Positions 9,267-19,060 of a stretch of 64,000 bases of DNA are shown one piece after another. The first letter of the stretch is position 1; every line of letters begins with the position of its first letter. The stretch is from an uncultured Bacilli bacterium (GTDB lineage: Bacteria > Bacillota_I > Bacilli_A > RF39 > UBA660), in the NCBI GenBank assembly GCA_934130165.1, contig CAKOXO010000002.1, forward strand, positions 261,632 to 325,631, read 5' to 3'. Position numbers and translations under genes: made by a program. A model generated the notes under the pieces. The model was given only the letters and a program-made list of their open reading frames with translations. It was not told where the DNA came from and searched no databases.

Positions 9267-10760
9267 CTATTTTTTTGGATCTTTTTTTGTAAACACCTTA
9301 GATTCGTTGTCAGGATCTACATCAGATACAGATTTAATTATTGGTGAAGTAGCATTTTCTATTTGACTTTGTAAAATATCTAAATAATCAGAAACAACAT
9401 CCCTGTTTTTAATTAACTCCCCTTTAGAAAGTTTTTCTAATTTTTGTTTACGTTGTGAATCTTCCATTCCCTTTTGATTAAATAAGTAATAACTAATTTG
9501 ATAGTATACATTATTGCCAATTTCATTCATGTTTAATTTTGAAATATACTCCATGTCATAATCATGATCATCTTTATCAATACTCAACTTGTCAGTTGCT
9601 TTTCTTACTAATAATTTAGATATATCTTCCTCCTGTGCCTTACTTATAATAACTGCATCTTTTTTATGATGAATACTACTTGATGAGCTTTCATCCATCA
9701 TGTACATACATAAATTTGCAAAAGTAGATTCATTATCTACATTTTGTAATAATTCTAAATCAAAATTTTTATATTGACTGTTTATAAAATTTAGATTTAG
9801 TAATAAAATAGCAAAGTTCACAACATATTTATCATCCATTTTACTTATTCTAACTAAATTATTTAAATAATCTGGATCAGTCTTACCAGATACGCAATTA
9901 TCAACACTTATAGGATATGCTACATTTGATATTTTTCTATCTGGATTGGCAATATAATAATATAATGCTCTACATGTTTCTATACTTTTGGCATTCATTA
10001 ATACATCTACTTCTCTACGATAGTTTTCTCCTTCAATAATATCTGGATCAGTCATAACTGCACACAAGTAAGATCCAAATTCAGGTTTTGTTGATAGTAT
10101 TTTCATATTTTCTAAATGATATTTATCTGCTAATGATACCTCGTTTGTAGCCAAATAATTAAGACCAGCATTCCAACAAGAGAAAAGTGGTTCTAAACAA
10201 CTACTACCTGCTGTTGCTATCATTTTAATATCCGCTTGATGATATGGACTTTTAATGGAAGCAGCACTACTAGCAACCATTGCAATAGCATCCTTTACCA
10301 TAAAGTCTAAAGGTTTTTCTTTTTCTGTATCATGTGCTTCAACAAGTAATTTTAAATCTTCTTCATGATAAGGGCTATTTATAAAATCCTTTGATCCTAA
10401 TACCCAAAGACCGTTACTATTATTAGTTTTACTTAGTATTTCTATATCTCTATAAAAATTATCACTTTTTAAGAAGTTAGGATTATATACGTCGTAAAAA
10501 GTATAACAATCACTTTTTAATTTTGTCATTGCAGTAATCCTTTGGTTATAATCATCACAATCTAATAAATCAGTATTAACTAATAAATTTTTAAATCTTT
10601 TTATTTTTTTTGGATCTATATTCAAACTAAGAAAACTATTTATTTGAGTACTATCTAACTCTGAAACCCATTTTTTAAATCCTTCTACATCAACAAATGA
10701 ATCAGTTAATTCATATTTTTTTATTTGCTCAATTACTTTTTTTAATGTTTCATTTTTCAC
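9267..10760 (-). CDS. Hypothetical repeat protein (~9 copies of an unrecognised helical repeat)
   Basis: 497 aa, GTG start 7 nt after GGGAGG. Recurrent motif such as FINSPYHEEDLKLL, IKSPYHQADIKMI, LADKYHLENMKIL, EGENYRREVDVLM, INSQYKNFDLELL. No TM segment and no signal peptide. Confidence 0.6.
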   Translation of the reverse strand: MKNETLKKVIEQIKKYELTDSFVDVEGFKKWVSELDSTQINSFLSLNIDPKKIKRFKNLLVNTDLLDCDDYNQRITAMTKLKSDCYTFYDVYNPNFLKSDNFYRDIEILSKTNNSNGLWVLGSKDFINSPYHEEDLKLLVEAHDTEKEKPLDFMVKDAIAMVASSAASIKSPYHQADIKMIATAGSSCLEPLFSCWNAGLNYLATNEVSLADKYHLENMKILSTKPEFGSYLCAVMTDPDIIEGENYRREVDVLMNAKSIETCRALYYYIANPDRKISNVAYPISVDNCVSGKTDPDYLNNLVRISKMDDKYVVNFAILLLNLNFINSQYKNFDLELLQNVDNESTFANLCMYMMDESSSSSIHHKKDAVIISKAQEEDISKLLVRKATDKLSIDKDDHDYDMEYISKLNMNEIGNNVYYQISYYLFNQKGMEDSQRKQKLEKLSKGELIKNRDVVSDYLDILQSQIENATSPIIKSVSDVDPDNESKVFTKKDPKK

Positions 10761-10813
10761 AACAAAACCTCCCTGTTTTTTTGGGTATTATAACATAATA
10801 TTATGTTGTTTTC

Positions 10814-10839
10814 AAAAAAAAAGACTAGAAAGTTCTAGC
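10814..10839 (-). terminator. Rho-independent terminator of the upstream membrane-protein gene
   Basis: On the minus strand, a CTAGAA/TTCTAG hairpin is followed by T9 (plus-strand A-run at 10814-10822). Confidence 0.6.
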
Positions 10840-10915
10840 ATTTTAATTGAGATAAATTGTTCTATGAATCACTCTATGATCAATAAATATTTTAAACTCT
10901 TTCATTAATCTTTAC

Positions 10916-12151
10916 TTATGATAATAAATTCTCAGCCGTATTTTTTATATTTTTTTCATTAATACTTTTTTTAGGTATTACCCTACCTACTTTATCCACA
11001 TTATAATTTAACTTAAAAAATATATTAACAGAAATAAATTGATATATAGATGCAGATACTTGACCAATACCAGTACAGAAAGGTGTTTTTAAAAGTGACA
11101 TTGCCATTCTCAAAATAGATCCAATTATCTTATTAGATGTTATTTTAAACGCTGACCACTCTAATTGTAGATAACAGGTTTTAATTCTATATATAGGATA
11201 TAATATAAAATTAACAATTTCAAATCCAAAATAAATCATTGTAATTATAAAATTTAAATCGTAAAACCAATATAAGCAAACAAACATAAATAAACTTGTC
11301 AAAAATAGTATACCTAATAGTTTATAAGCATTATTTCTATGATATTTATAATTAAAATTACTTTTACTAATATCAATCGTTGCAGCAGTAACTACTGCAT
11401 TTGCAGTATCCCATTGTGTATCTGTTATAAGAGCTATAAATGTAAGTGCATTTGCATATTCCCAACCAAATTCTAAAGCATTACTTAGGCCAAATAAAAA
11501 TATCAAGAAAAATGAAATGTTATTGAAAAATTCTACTGAATCATATTTTATACACTTTATTAGATCTAATTGTAATTTAAATTTATCACTATTTTTTATA
11601 TAAATATATAAGGTAAATAAAGCTAGTGGAATAAGTGTTGTTACAATTATAACAACTTGATTCTTTGTTATTAAAGATGTAGCAATCAATAATATAAAAT
11701 TTAATAAATTAAATATTAAAGAATATTTATTTGCTAATGTATTTTTTTCTTCATAGTATAACTTATTCAAAATCATTGCAAATTCCAAAGAAATAAATAA
11801 TTGAATTACAGAATAGATAGTAAATGTTTTATATGTATGAATATCCATATTCATAAAATTTATATAATTATCTATATTAATTAATACTACCAAGAAAATA
11901 ATAGTTGAAACAATCGTTCCTATAAACATACCTGACATTACTGCATTTTTATTATTATCTTTTTCTTTGCTTATGTTTGCACCAGTAGAAAATACAGAAC
12001 TTAGTATATAATATATAAACTGTAATGGGTAAGTCAAAGTAAAAATATTAATTAAATTTTTATCGACTATTATTCCCAATAAAAACCAGGAAACAATTGG
12101 TATAAAAGATAATAAAGATAAATCAAAACTAATTTTTAATAATCTTTTCAT
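10916..12151 (-). CDS. Polytopic membrane protein (flippase/MATE-like topology), function unknown
   Basis: 411 aa, hydrophobic throughout with roughly 10-12 predicted TM segments. No catalytic motif recognised. Confidence 0.6.
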   Translation of the reverse strand: MKRLLKISFDLSLLSFIPIVSWFLLGIIVDKNLINIFTLTYPLQFIYYILSSVFSTGANISKEKDNNKNAVMSGMFIGTIVSTIIFLVVLINIDNYINFMNMDIHTYKTFTIYSVIQLFISLEFAMILNKLYYEEKNTLANKYSLIFNLLNFILLIATSLITKNQVVIIVTTLIPLALFTLYIYIKNSDKFKLQLDLIKCIKYDSVEFFNNISFFLIFLFGLSNALEFGWEYANALTFIALITDTQWDTANAVVTAATIDISKSNFNYKYHRNNAYKLLGILFLTSLFMFVCLYWFYDLNFIITMIYFGFEIVNFILYPIYRIKTCYLQLEWSAFKITSNKIIGSILRMAMSLLKTPFCTGIGQVSASIYQFISVNIFFKLNYNVDKVGRVIPKKSINEKNIKNTAENLLS

Positions 12152-12337
12152 TTTTTACTCCTCACTGCTTAATGAAAGAACTATGTTGTCTAACTTTCTA
12201 CCTTTCTTAACAAATTAATTCTATCATCTACAAATTTTTTATGTATATAACTTTTACAATAATTTAACCTTTTAAAAACTAGACTCATTATACTATATAT
12301 TGTGAAAAATATATACTTGTACATTACTTTTATTAAG

Positions 12338-13483
12338 TTAAAGTTGTTCTTTTCTAATTTCAAAGTTTATAACTATAGTTGAAATTATAGATAACATAAA
12401 TATTACATAAAATATTCTTTCACCTATAAAATTTGCCAATATTGCTAATATAGCAAACACAACAACTTCAGTAAAACATAAACTCATTTGACCTACTGAT
12501 GATAATAAATCACTATTTTCTTTTGAGTTTTTTATAATATTTTGAATTGATGTCTGAATTGATGTTTCATAAACTTTTTCTAAATTATCTCCAATTGTTT
12601 TATTAACAGAAACCACAAATTTATTTTTTACAAGCAAATAAATTGAAGTTATAATTATTCTTATTAATGATACCAGTGTATTCGATTTCTTAATATTTTT
12701 ATCGGTATATTTTCCAATTAGTGTAACTGTGATTATTTGAAATAATAATGACACTATAATTACTACTGAAAATGCTTTAAAATCTTTTAATATAATATAT
12801 AAATACATTGGAACAAATAATCTCTCTATTATATGATTAGTTCTAAGGGCATATATAAGTTTATATTTACTTTTGCTATGCAACAAGTAATTAATACTAG
12901 ATTTGAATGTACGAGTTTTTTTCTCTGGTTTATAATCGATTTTTAAAATTACAATATACTGAAGTATATAGAAAATACAAATCACACCAAATAAAGTTAT
13001 TTTATTATCACATATTACACCCCACGCTACTAAGATACTGGCTAATGCTGCACCCAAAATCTTACCACTAAAATACAAACTGTTAAATCTTCCTCTATGT
13101 TTACTTTCTACATATTTACTTGAAAGTGAATCTGATGAAGGATTTGAAAGCCCCATAAGTCCCATTGTTATTACAAAAATCACTATATTAGCATATAAAT
13201 CTTGATTATTTAACATAAAATAAGAGTTTATAGCACTAAACACATTTGAAATTAATACACATTTTGCAACACCTATTTTATTTGATATTACTACAAATAA
13301 CGGCGTTATAAGCCCAGTAATAAGAAATCTTATACCATATATTAATAAAATTAAATATATTGGTAACCCAGCTTTATATAACATAACAGTTCCAAATGTT
13401 TCACTTAGTGCATTTGCAAAGTTATAAAAAAATATACTTAGATACATGTACTTATACTCTTTTTTGTAAAAATATTCCTTCAT
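12338..13483 (-). CDS. MFS-type transporter
   Basis: 381 aa with about 10-12 hydrophobic helices. The loop SKHRGRFNSLYFSG resembles the MFS loop 8-9 motif. Confidence 0.6.
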   Translation of the reverse strand: MKEYFYKKEYKYMYLSIFFYNFANALSETFGTVMLYKAGLPIYLILLIYGIRFLITGLITPLFVVISNKIGVAKCVLISNVFSAINSYFMLNNQDLYANIVIFVITMGLMGLSNPSSDSLSSKYVESKHRGRFNSLYFSGKILGAALASILVAWGVICDNKITLFGVICIFYILQYIVILKIDYKPEKKTRTFKSSINYLLHSKSKYKLIYALRTNHIIERLFVPMYLYIILKDFKAFSVVIIVSLLFQIITVTLIGKYTDKNIKKSNTLVSLIRIIITSIYLLVKNKFVVSVNKTIGDNLEKVYETSIQTSIQNIIKNSKENSDLLSSVGQMSLCFTEVVVFAILAILANFIGERIFYVIFMLSIISTIVINFEIRKEQL

Positions 13484-13634
13484 TTAATACTCCTAAAATT
13501 GTTTTCTAAAAAAATTATATCATATTTTTTATTATTTCATCTTTGATAATATACTAATGCAATTTCTTTTTTTATAAAATCATTGATTTTTGGTAAACTT
13601 TTATATACAATAATGATGAAAAGAGGTAATAAAT

Positions 13635-14270
13635 ATGGTTAATTTTTATATTAAAGGAATGTCAACTACTGAAGAAGAACAAAAAACTATTATCAATAAT
13701 TTTAAAAAGAAAAAGATTGATGTCATTCCAATTATTGATGATTATTCAAATTATTCTATTAAAACAATTTTTCCATATATTGAAAAATTTATTAAAGATC
13801 ATAATCCGAATGATGAAGAAATCAACTTAATTTGTCACTCTATGGGATGCAATTTTGGTTATCTATTTAATAAGGGTAATAATGTCAATAAATTAATTTT
13901 AGTATCACCCGAATTTATTAGTACAAATAAGAAACAAAAAAAAGAAATTGTATCTAATTATGATGGTATTGATTATAATACATCTAATAACCCTATAAAA
14001 CCAAACTTGCATAATATGATTCTATATTACCAATCTTTAAAAAATGTAGTCAAAATTCAAAATACGGCACCTTCACTAGATACAAATTCGTTAGTTATAT
14101 ATTCAAAAGGTGATCCTTTTGTGAATCAATATTGGATTAATTCTGATATTAATTTGTTATCTCAAGCATTTGAAGTTAATTCAAATTCACATAACCCACT
14201 ATTAACTAATGATGAAACTTATGACGAAATAGCAAAATTCATTAAAGAACCATTAGAAAAAATAAAATAA
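13635..14270 (+). CDS. Alpha/beta-hydrolase-fold serine hydrolase (YdeN/RBBP9-like)
   Basis: 211 aa. Nucleophile elbow LICHSMGCNFG (GxSxG-like), later SKGDPFV and a C-terminal His region. RBS AGAGGTAA. Confidence 0.5.
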   Translation: MVNFYIKGMSTTEEEQKTIINNFKKKKIDVIPIIDDYSNYSIKTIFPYIEKFIKDHNPNDEEINLICHSMGCNFGYLFNKGNNVNKLILVSPEFISTNKKQKKEIVSNYDGIDYNTSNNPIKPNLHNMILYYQSLKNVVKIQNTAPSLDTNSLVIYSKGDPFVNQYWINSDINLLSQAFEVNSNSHNPLLTNDETYDEIAKFIKEPLEKIK

Positions 14271-14300
14271 CACAAATTACTAATCAAAATACTTTTTACT

Positions 14301-14330
14301 AACATTAAAATTAAGTTTTAATGTTTTTTA
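14301..14330 (+). terminator. Rho-independent terminator
   Basis: Perfect 10-bp stem AACATTAAAA/TTTTAATGTT with a 5-nt loop, followed by a T-run. Confidence 0.7.
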
Positions 14331-14336
14331 TTACAA

Positions 14337-16049
14337 TTAATCTTCTGTTACTAATTGCTTATAAATTTTATTATTTTTTATTAAATCATCATTATTTCCA
14401 ATACATTCTACTTTACCATTATTTAAAACAATCAATTTATCTGCCCTACGCATTAAATCTTTGTTATGGGTAATAACAATAATTGTATGATCAGTTTTCA
14501 AATCATCTAAAAGATTTATAATTTTATCAGTTGTATTTGGATCTAATGAGGAGGTCACCTCATCTAAAAGTATTATTTCAGAAGATGTAAGAAGTGCTCT
14601 AGCCAATGATAAAAGTTGTTTTTGGCCACCACTAATATTAGTTGCATCTTCTTTCAAAATAGTACTATAACCATCAGGTAGGGACATTATAAAATCATGT
14701 ATTCCAACTCTTTTACAAGCATCAATTTGTCTTTTCTTATTTGAATCAATTAGTGATAAATTAGCTCTTATACTCATATTAAAAATAAATGTCTTTTGAT
14801 TTACAATACTAACATTTGAATTAAATACATCTCTAGAATAATCATAAATATTTATCCTATCTATCAAGATTTTACCATCATTTACTCTATACATTCTTAA
14901 AAGAAGGTTAAATAATGTTGTTTTTCCTGATCCAGTTTTACCAACAATTGCAGTTATTTGATTTGGTTTTGCAGTAAAAGATACATTTTTTAACACTTGA
15001 AGTCTACTGTATTTAAAAGATACATTTTTAAATTCAACATAACCAGCAATATCATCATTATTAACTATACCATCTAATACTAAATTACTGTCTTTATAAT
15101 TAACTATTTGATTTATCCTATATAATGAAACTGATTCTTCCATAATAGATACATCAAACTCCATTATGTCATTTATAGATTCTTTTGTTTTATCATAATA
15201 TGAAATTAATAATAAAAACATAGCAATTTGTATTTTTCCTTTAATAAGAAGAACTAACACAATAAAATATAAAATTATTTTACCAAAATCAATTACTAAA
15301 CCTACCAAAGTTTTTCTCGTAAAATAATATTTTCTTTTAAGAAAGTAATTTTCTTGCCATCTTTTCCTATATGTATCTAATTTATTATTTAATCTACTTC
15401 CAATATTAAAACTTTTAATATCTTTAAGTCCTATCAAAATTTGAGATAACATCCCTACCATTTTATCAGCATATTTTATTTGTTTTTTTAAATAATGAGC
15501 GTTTTTATCATTACATTTTCTTGCATAGATATAATATATAGCATCTATTATAATTACATATATTGCCACTAAAACACTTTGCTTAGCAAACACAAAATAT
15601 ATAACTAACAATTTAATAAATTCAATTAATAGTTCAATCATAAAAGAAGGTACTTCTGCAATATTAATGATATCTGAATTTGAGGAGTTTATAATTTTTC
15701 CAATAGACATTTTTTCTGAATACTCGTAATCGAAATCATATACACTATTTACTAATTTCTGATGTACTGAAACATAGGTTTCTTTAAAAAAATTAGCATA
15801 ACACCAATTAGTACAATAAGAACCAATTTTATTTAATAAATAAGTTATTCCCAAAGCAACAATTAAAACAATTGCTACATTATAGAGTTTATTTGTTACA
15901 ACCTCAACAATTAATGATATAAGAAAAGGTATCAATAAACTTATTAAAACATTTATTAAATCGATAATTATAAAAGTTATCAAGTACTTATTTTTAAAAC
16001 TAACCAAAGAAAAATAATCCTTTGCAATTTTAATATTTTTTTTAATCAT
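14337..16049 (-). CDS. ABC exporter, fused permease/ATPase (MsbA/type-I exporter family)
   Basis: N-terminal six-helix TMD. Walker A GKTGSGKTTL, signature ISGGQKQLLSLARAL, Walker B ILLDEVTSSLD. The ATG at 16049 follows GGTGAG (the ORF opens at TTG 16061). Confidence 0.9.
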   Translation of the reverse strand: MIKKNIKIAKDYFSLVSFKNKYLITFIIIDLINVLISLLIPFLISLIVEVVTNKLYNVAIVLIVALGITYLLNKIGSYCTNWCYANFFKETYVSVHQKLVNSVYDFDYEYSEKMSIGKIINSSNSDIINIAEVPSFMIELLIEFIKLLVIYFVFAKQSVLVAIYVIIIDAIYYIYARKCNDKNAHYLKKQIKYADKMVGMLSQILIGLKDIKSFNIGSRLNNKLDTYRKRWQENYFLKRKYYFTRKTLVGLVIDFGKIILYFIVLVLLIKGKIQIAMFLLLISYYDKTKESINDIMEFDVSIMEESVSLYRINQIVNYKDSNLVLDGIVNNDDIAGYVEFKNVSFKYSRLQVLKNVSFTAKPNQITAIVGKTGSGKTTLFNLLLRMYRVNDGKILIDRINIYDYSRDVFNSNVSIVNQKTFIFNMSIRANLSLIDSNKKRQIDACKRVGIHDFIMSLPDGYSTILKEDATNISGGQKQLLSLARALLTSSEIILLDEVTSSLDPNTTDKIINLLDDLKTDHTIIVITHNKDLMRRADKLIVLNNGKVECIGNNDDLIKNNKIYKQLVTED

Positions 16050-16122
16050 ACATCTCACCAATGTAATTGTAAATTAATTTTTAGTATATTTCTTTACATT
16101 TTAAATATTAAATTTGTTAAGA

Positions 16123-16914
16123 TTATTTTATAGGCAAATATATATAACAATACTCATCTTTATATAATTCAATTTTAAGATCATTTTTAACACTATAATT
16201 TGTTGAAGGTATCCATTGTGAATCTATTTTTTTCTCAAAGTCAGCTATTTTTTCTTGTTGTCTTGATGAAAACTTAAAAGCAACATATTCATTTTCCTTA
16301 ATTTCATATTTTTCTAAATCCGAAAAATATTTTGAAGATCCTAAATAATAATGGTATAAGCCTTCATCTTTAAAAAATATTCCATACATTCCTGATTCAC
16401 TAAACTCTTTATAATGACCATTATCTTTTGCTTTTATATATAATTGTTTAATTTTATACAATAAATCAGAATGTTTTTTTGAAGTAATATGATAACAGTA
16501 TAAAAAAGTATTAGGAATTTTTCTTACTTCATAATCAAAGTTATATTTTTCATTATTAGTTTCAAAGTATTCTATAGGTATTATTTTATAACTACCTATA
16601 CCCTTTCTACATTCAGTAGGCGTTATACCGAATAATTTTTTAAATGCTCTATTAAAGGATACAGCTGAATTATATTGATATTTAAAAGCAATATCAATTA
16701 TTTTACAATCGGTATTTCTAATTTCTTCAAATGCTTTACTTAATCTTCTTTTCTTTATATATTCGTTAATTGTCATATTAGTTAAAAACATAAAAATACG
16801 TTCAAGAATAAATAAATTGGTATTAGTTATTTTACTTAATGTATCTAAATTAATTTGACAATCAAGATTATTTTCTATATATTTAATCATTTTATTTAAG
16901 CAATCAAAATTCAT
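16123..16914 (-). CDS. AraC-family transcriptional regulator with GyrI-like effector domain (paralog of 1971-2768)
   Basis: YNSAVSFNRAFKKLFGITPTECRK HTH. Same domain architecture and similar length to the first AraC gene. Confidence 0.8.
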   Translation of the reverse strand: MNFDCLNKMIKYIENNLDCQINLDTLSKITNTNLFILERIFMFLTNMTINEYIKKRRLSKAFEEIRNTDCKIIDIAFKYQYNSAVSFNRAFKKLFGITPTECRKGIGSYKIIPIEYFETNNEKYNFDYEVRKIPNTFLYCYHITSKKHSDLLYKIKQLYIKAKDNGHYKEFSESGMYGIFFKDEGLYHYYLGSSKYFSDLEKYEIKENEYVAFKFSSRQQEKIADFEKKIDSQWIPSTNYSVKNDLKIELYKDEYCYIYLPIK

Positions 16915-16994
16915 TTAAATCACCTCTAACAGACTAATAGATATTATACCATTAAATGATAAATCAAACAAAAAAATGATTTTTTTACTTCGGA

Positions 16995-17026
16995 TATTCA
17001 AATAAATATCATTATTCAAATAAATA
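16995..17026. promoter_or_regulatory. Direct-repeat candidate operator (2 x TATTCAAATAAATA, 18-bp period)
   Basis: Perfect 14-bp direct repeat at 16995-17008 and 17013-17026, in the divergent region between the AraC gene and the beta-helix protein gene. Confidence 0.4.
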
Positions 17027-17062
17027 AGCGTTCATATATTATATCGAAGGACAAGTGATTTT

Positions 17063-18934
17063 ATGAATAAAATAAATAATAATACAGTTACGGTTTCCAC
17101 AAGTGATGAATTAAAAGAAGCTTTGGAACAAAACAATGGTTATGAATATATTTATTTAGAAAATGATATTACTTTAAATAGTGGTATAACAATAAACTCA
17201 AATAAAAGTAAAGTAACTATTAATGGAACCTATCAAAATATTATGCATACTTTAACCGGAATGAATAGTAAAGAAGAAGCTGATACTATTGTTCATACTG
17301 CCCTTACAAAAGAAGTTCAAATCAAAAATATTAAAATAATAAATCCAAATATATATGGTATTATCTGTGTACCAGTAGATGATAGTTATGATGAAATAGT
17401 AACCAGTTATGATAATATTATATTTAATGGAACACAACTATCATTTAATCCTTATGGTACTGTTAAAATTAATAATTCTAATATTACTATTGAGAGTACT
17501 AGTGAAATAGAGTCCGAAGAAATATGTGAAGCAGAACGAGTTATAATAGGAGGTAAAACAAACATAATAAGTAGTTCTCCTAATCTACCCCTATTCTCTT
17601 TTAGAAGTGACTCTACTAATCCCTCTGTTATATTTTTGTGCAAAAGTGATGTTATCATATCAACCGATACAAGAGAATTTATGTCTGGTACAAATAAATT
17701 AAATTTTACCATTCTTCATGATACAAATGTACATCTAACAACTGGAAATGGTTTTTCTTCTAAGACAATTCATGGGGCTAACAATGTTTTAATTGATGAC
17801 AGAGCATCATTCATATTTATTGAGAAAAGTCACCAAAGAATTCCTATGTGGGCTATTTTTGGAAGTCTTACAATGAAGGAAGATTCTGAATTACAAATAA
17901 TAAATTCATATAGTAATACTCCTAGTGATAACTACAATATTCACTTTAAAGGAACTGATTGTAAAATAAATCTATATAATCCTAAAAATCTAACAATATA
18001 TACTAAAAATGCAAATGTTATATATACAAATAATCCTTTAACATTTAGTATAAGTTGTTCTAGAATTAACATGTGGCAAAATTCTACTGATATTTCTTCT
18101 GCTGGTGATATAAATAATATTCCTGATTATTCCTGGTACAAAGATGATGGCCTACTTCAAATTGAGGGAACCATAACTTCAGATCTTACAGCCATTACCA
18201 AATATAATTTAACAGCTAGTGAACTTGCAAAATTACCAGATGTAGGTAACTTTAAATTTCAAGATAGAAAACAACTCTCTATTGGAACTACTCTTATGAA
18301 TATTCATCCAATTAACTCAAGTAAAAATACAATAAGTGGTCATACTGATAGTTTTGCTGATATATTAATTAAATATAATGATAATTCAGAGATAGTAAAT
18401 GCTGATGATAATGGATTTTTTGAATATAATCTTCCTGCTTCTATAACAGATAATACCGAAGTTGAATTAACAGCCAATGTATCAAGTAGTTTTATCTATG
18501 GTACAAGAACAGTTACTACTCCATTTACAGGAGAATTAACACTACTTGATATAAATAATTCCATATCATTTTCACAAACACCAATAAATAATACTCTTAT
18601 ATTTCCAAAAACAAAAGAGTTAAAAACAAAAATTGTTGATAGTAGATTAAACAGTTCCGATTGGAAACTTTATGCTTATATAAATAATCCTCTAACATCA
18701 ACTAATGGATTTATATTAGAAAATGCTTTAGTATTTAAAAAATTTGATGATGAGGTTATAACTTTATCTAATACTCCAACAGTTGTTTTTACAGGTAGCA
18801 ACAATGAGGGAATTGTAAGTTTTAAAGAACTTAACTGGTCAACAGAAAAAGGTCCTCTATTAGATCTTACTAATGAGGCTCTAGAAATAAATGAAGAATA
18901 TTTTTCAACTATTTATTTCAATATAGAGGAGTAA
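17063..18934 (+). CDS. Large beta-helix (pectate-lyase-like adhesin domain) protein with Ig-like and WxL-like C-terminal regions
   Basis: 623 aa. The N-terminus VTVSTSDELKEALEQNNGYEYIYLENDITLNSGITINSNKSKVTINGT resembles the pectate-lyase-like adhesive domain of Gram-positive surface proteins. ISGHTDSFADILIKYNDNSEIVNADDNGFFEY is Big-like. The C-terminus carries DWKL and LNWS motifs (WxL-like). No signal peptide seen. Confidence 0.5.
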   Translation: MNKINNNTVTVSTSDELKEALEQNNGYEYIYLENDITLNSGITINSNKSKVTINGTYQNIMHTLTGMNSKEEADTIVHTALTKEVQIKNIKIINPNIYGIICVPVDDSYDEIVTSYDNIIFNGTQLSFNPYGTVKINNSNITIESTSEIESEEICEAERVIIGGKTNIISSSPNLPLFSFRSDSTNPSVIFLCKSDVIISTDTREFMSGTNKLNFTILHDTNVHLTTGNGFSSKTIHGANNVLIDDRASFIFIEKSHQRIPMWAIFGSLTMKEDSELQIINSYSNTPSDNYNIHFKGTDCKINLYNPKNLTIYTKNANVIYTNNPLTFSISCSRINMWQNSTDISSAGDINNIPDYSWYKDDGLLQIEGTITSDLTAITKYNLTASELAKLPDVGNFKFQDRKQLSIGTTLMNIHPINSSKNTISGHTDSFADILIKYNDNSEIVNADDNGFFEYNLPASITDNTEVELTANVSSSFIYGTRTVTTPFTGELTLLDINNSISFSQTPINNTLIFPKTKELKTKIVDSRLNSSDWKLYAYINNPLTSTNGFILENALVFKKFDDEVITLSNTPTVVFTGSNNEGIVSFKELNWSTEKGPLLDLTNEALEINEEYFSTIYFNIEE

Positions 18935-18947
18935 TATTTTAATATTA

Positions 18948-18982
18948 AAACTTACACACTATTAAAGTTTGTAAGTTTTTTG
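18948..18982. terminator. Bidirectional terminator hairpin
   Basis: AACTTACA (18949-18956) pairs with TGTAAGTT (18970-18977). A-run before and T-run after. It sits between convergent genes. Confidence 0.55.
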
Positions 18983-19060
18983 TTTCAATTATAAATTGCA
19001 TTTTATTTCTGGAAATAAATCATATAGATTATATCCAAGTAAATCATCAAAGTATTTTTT

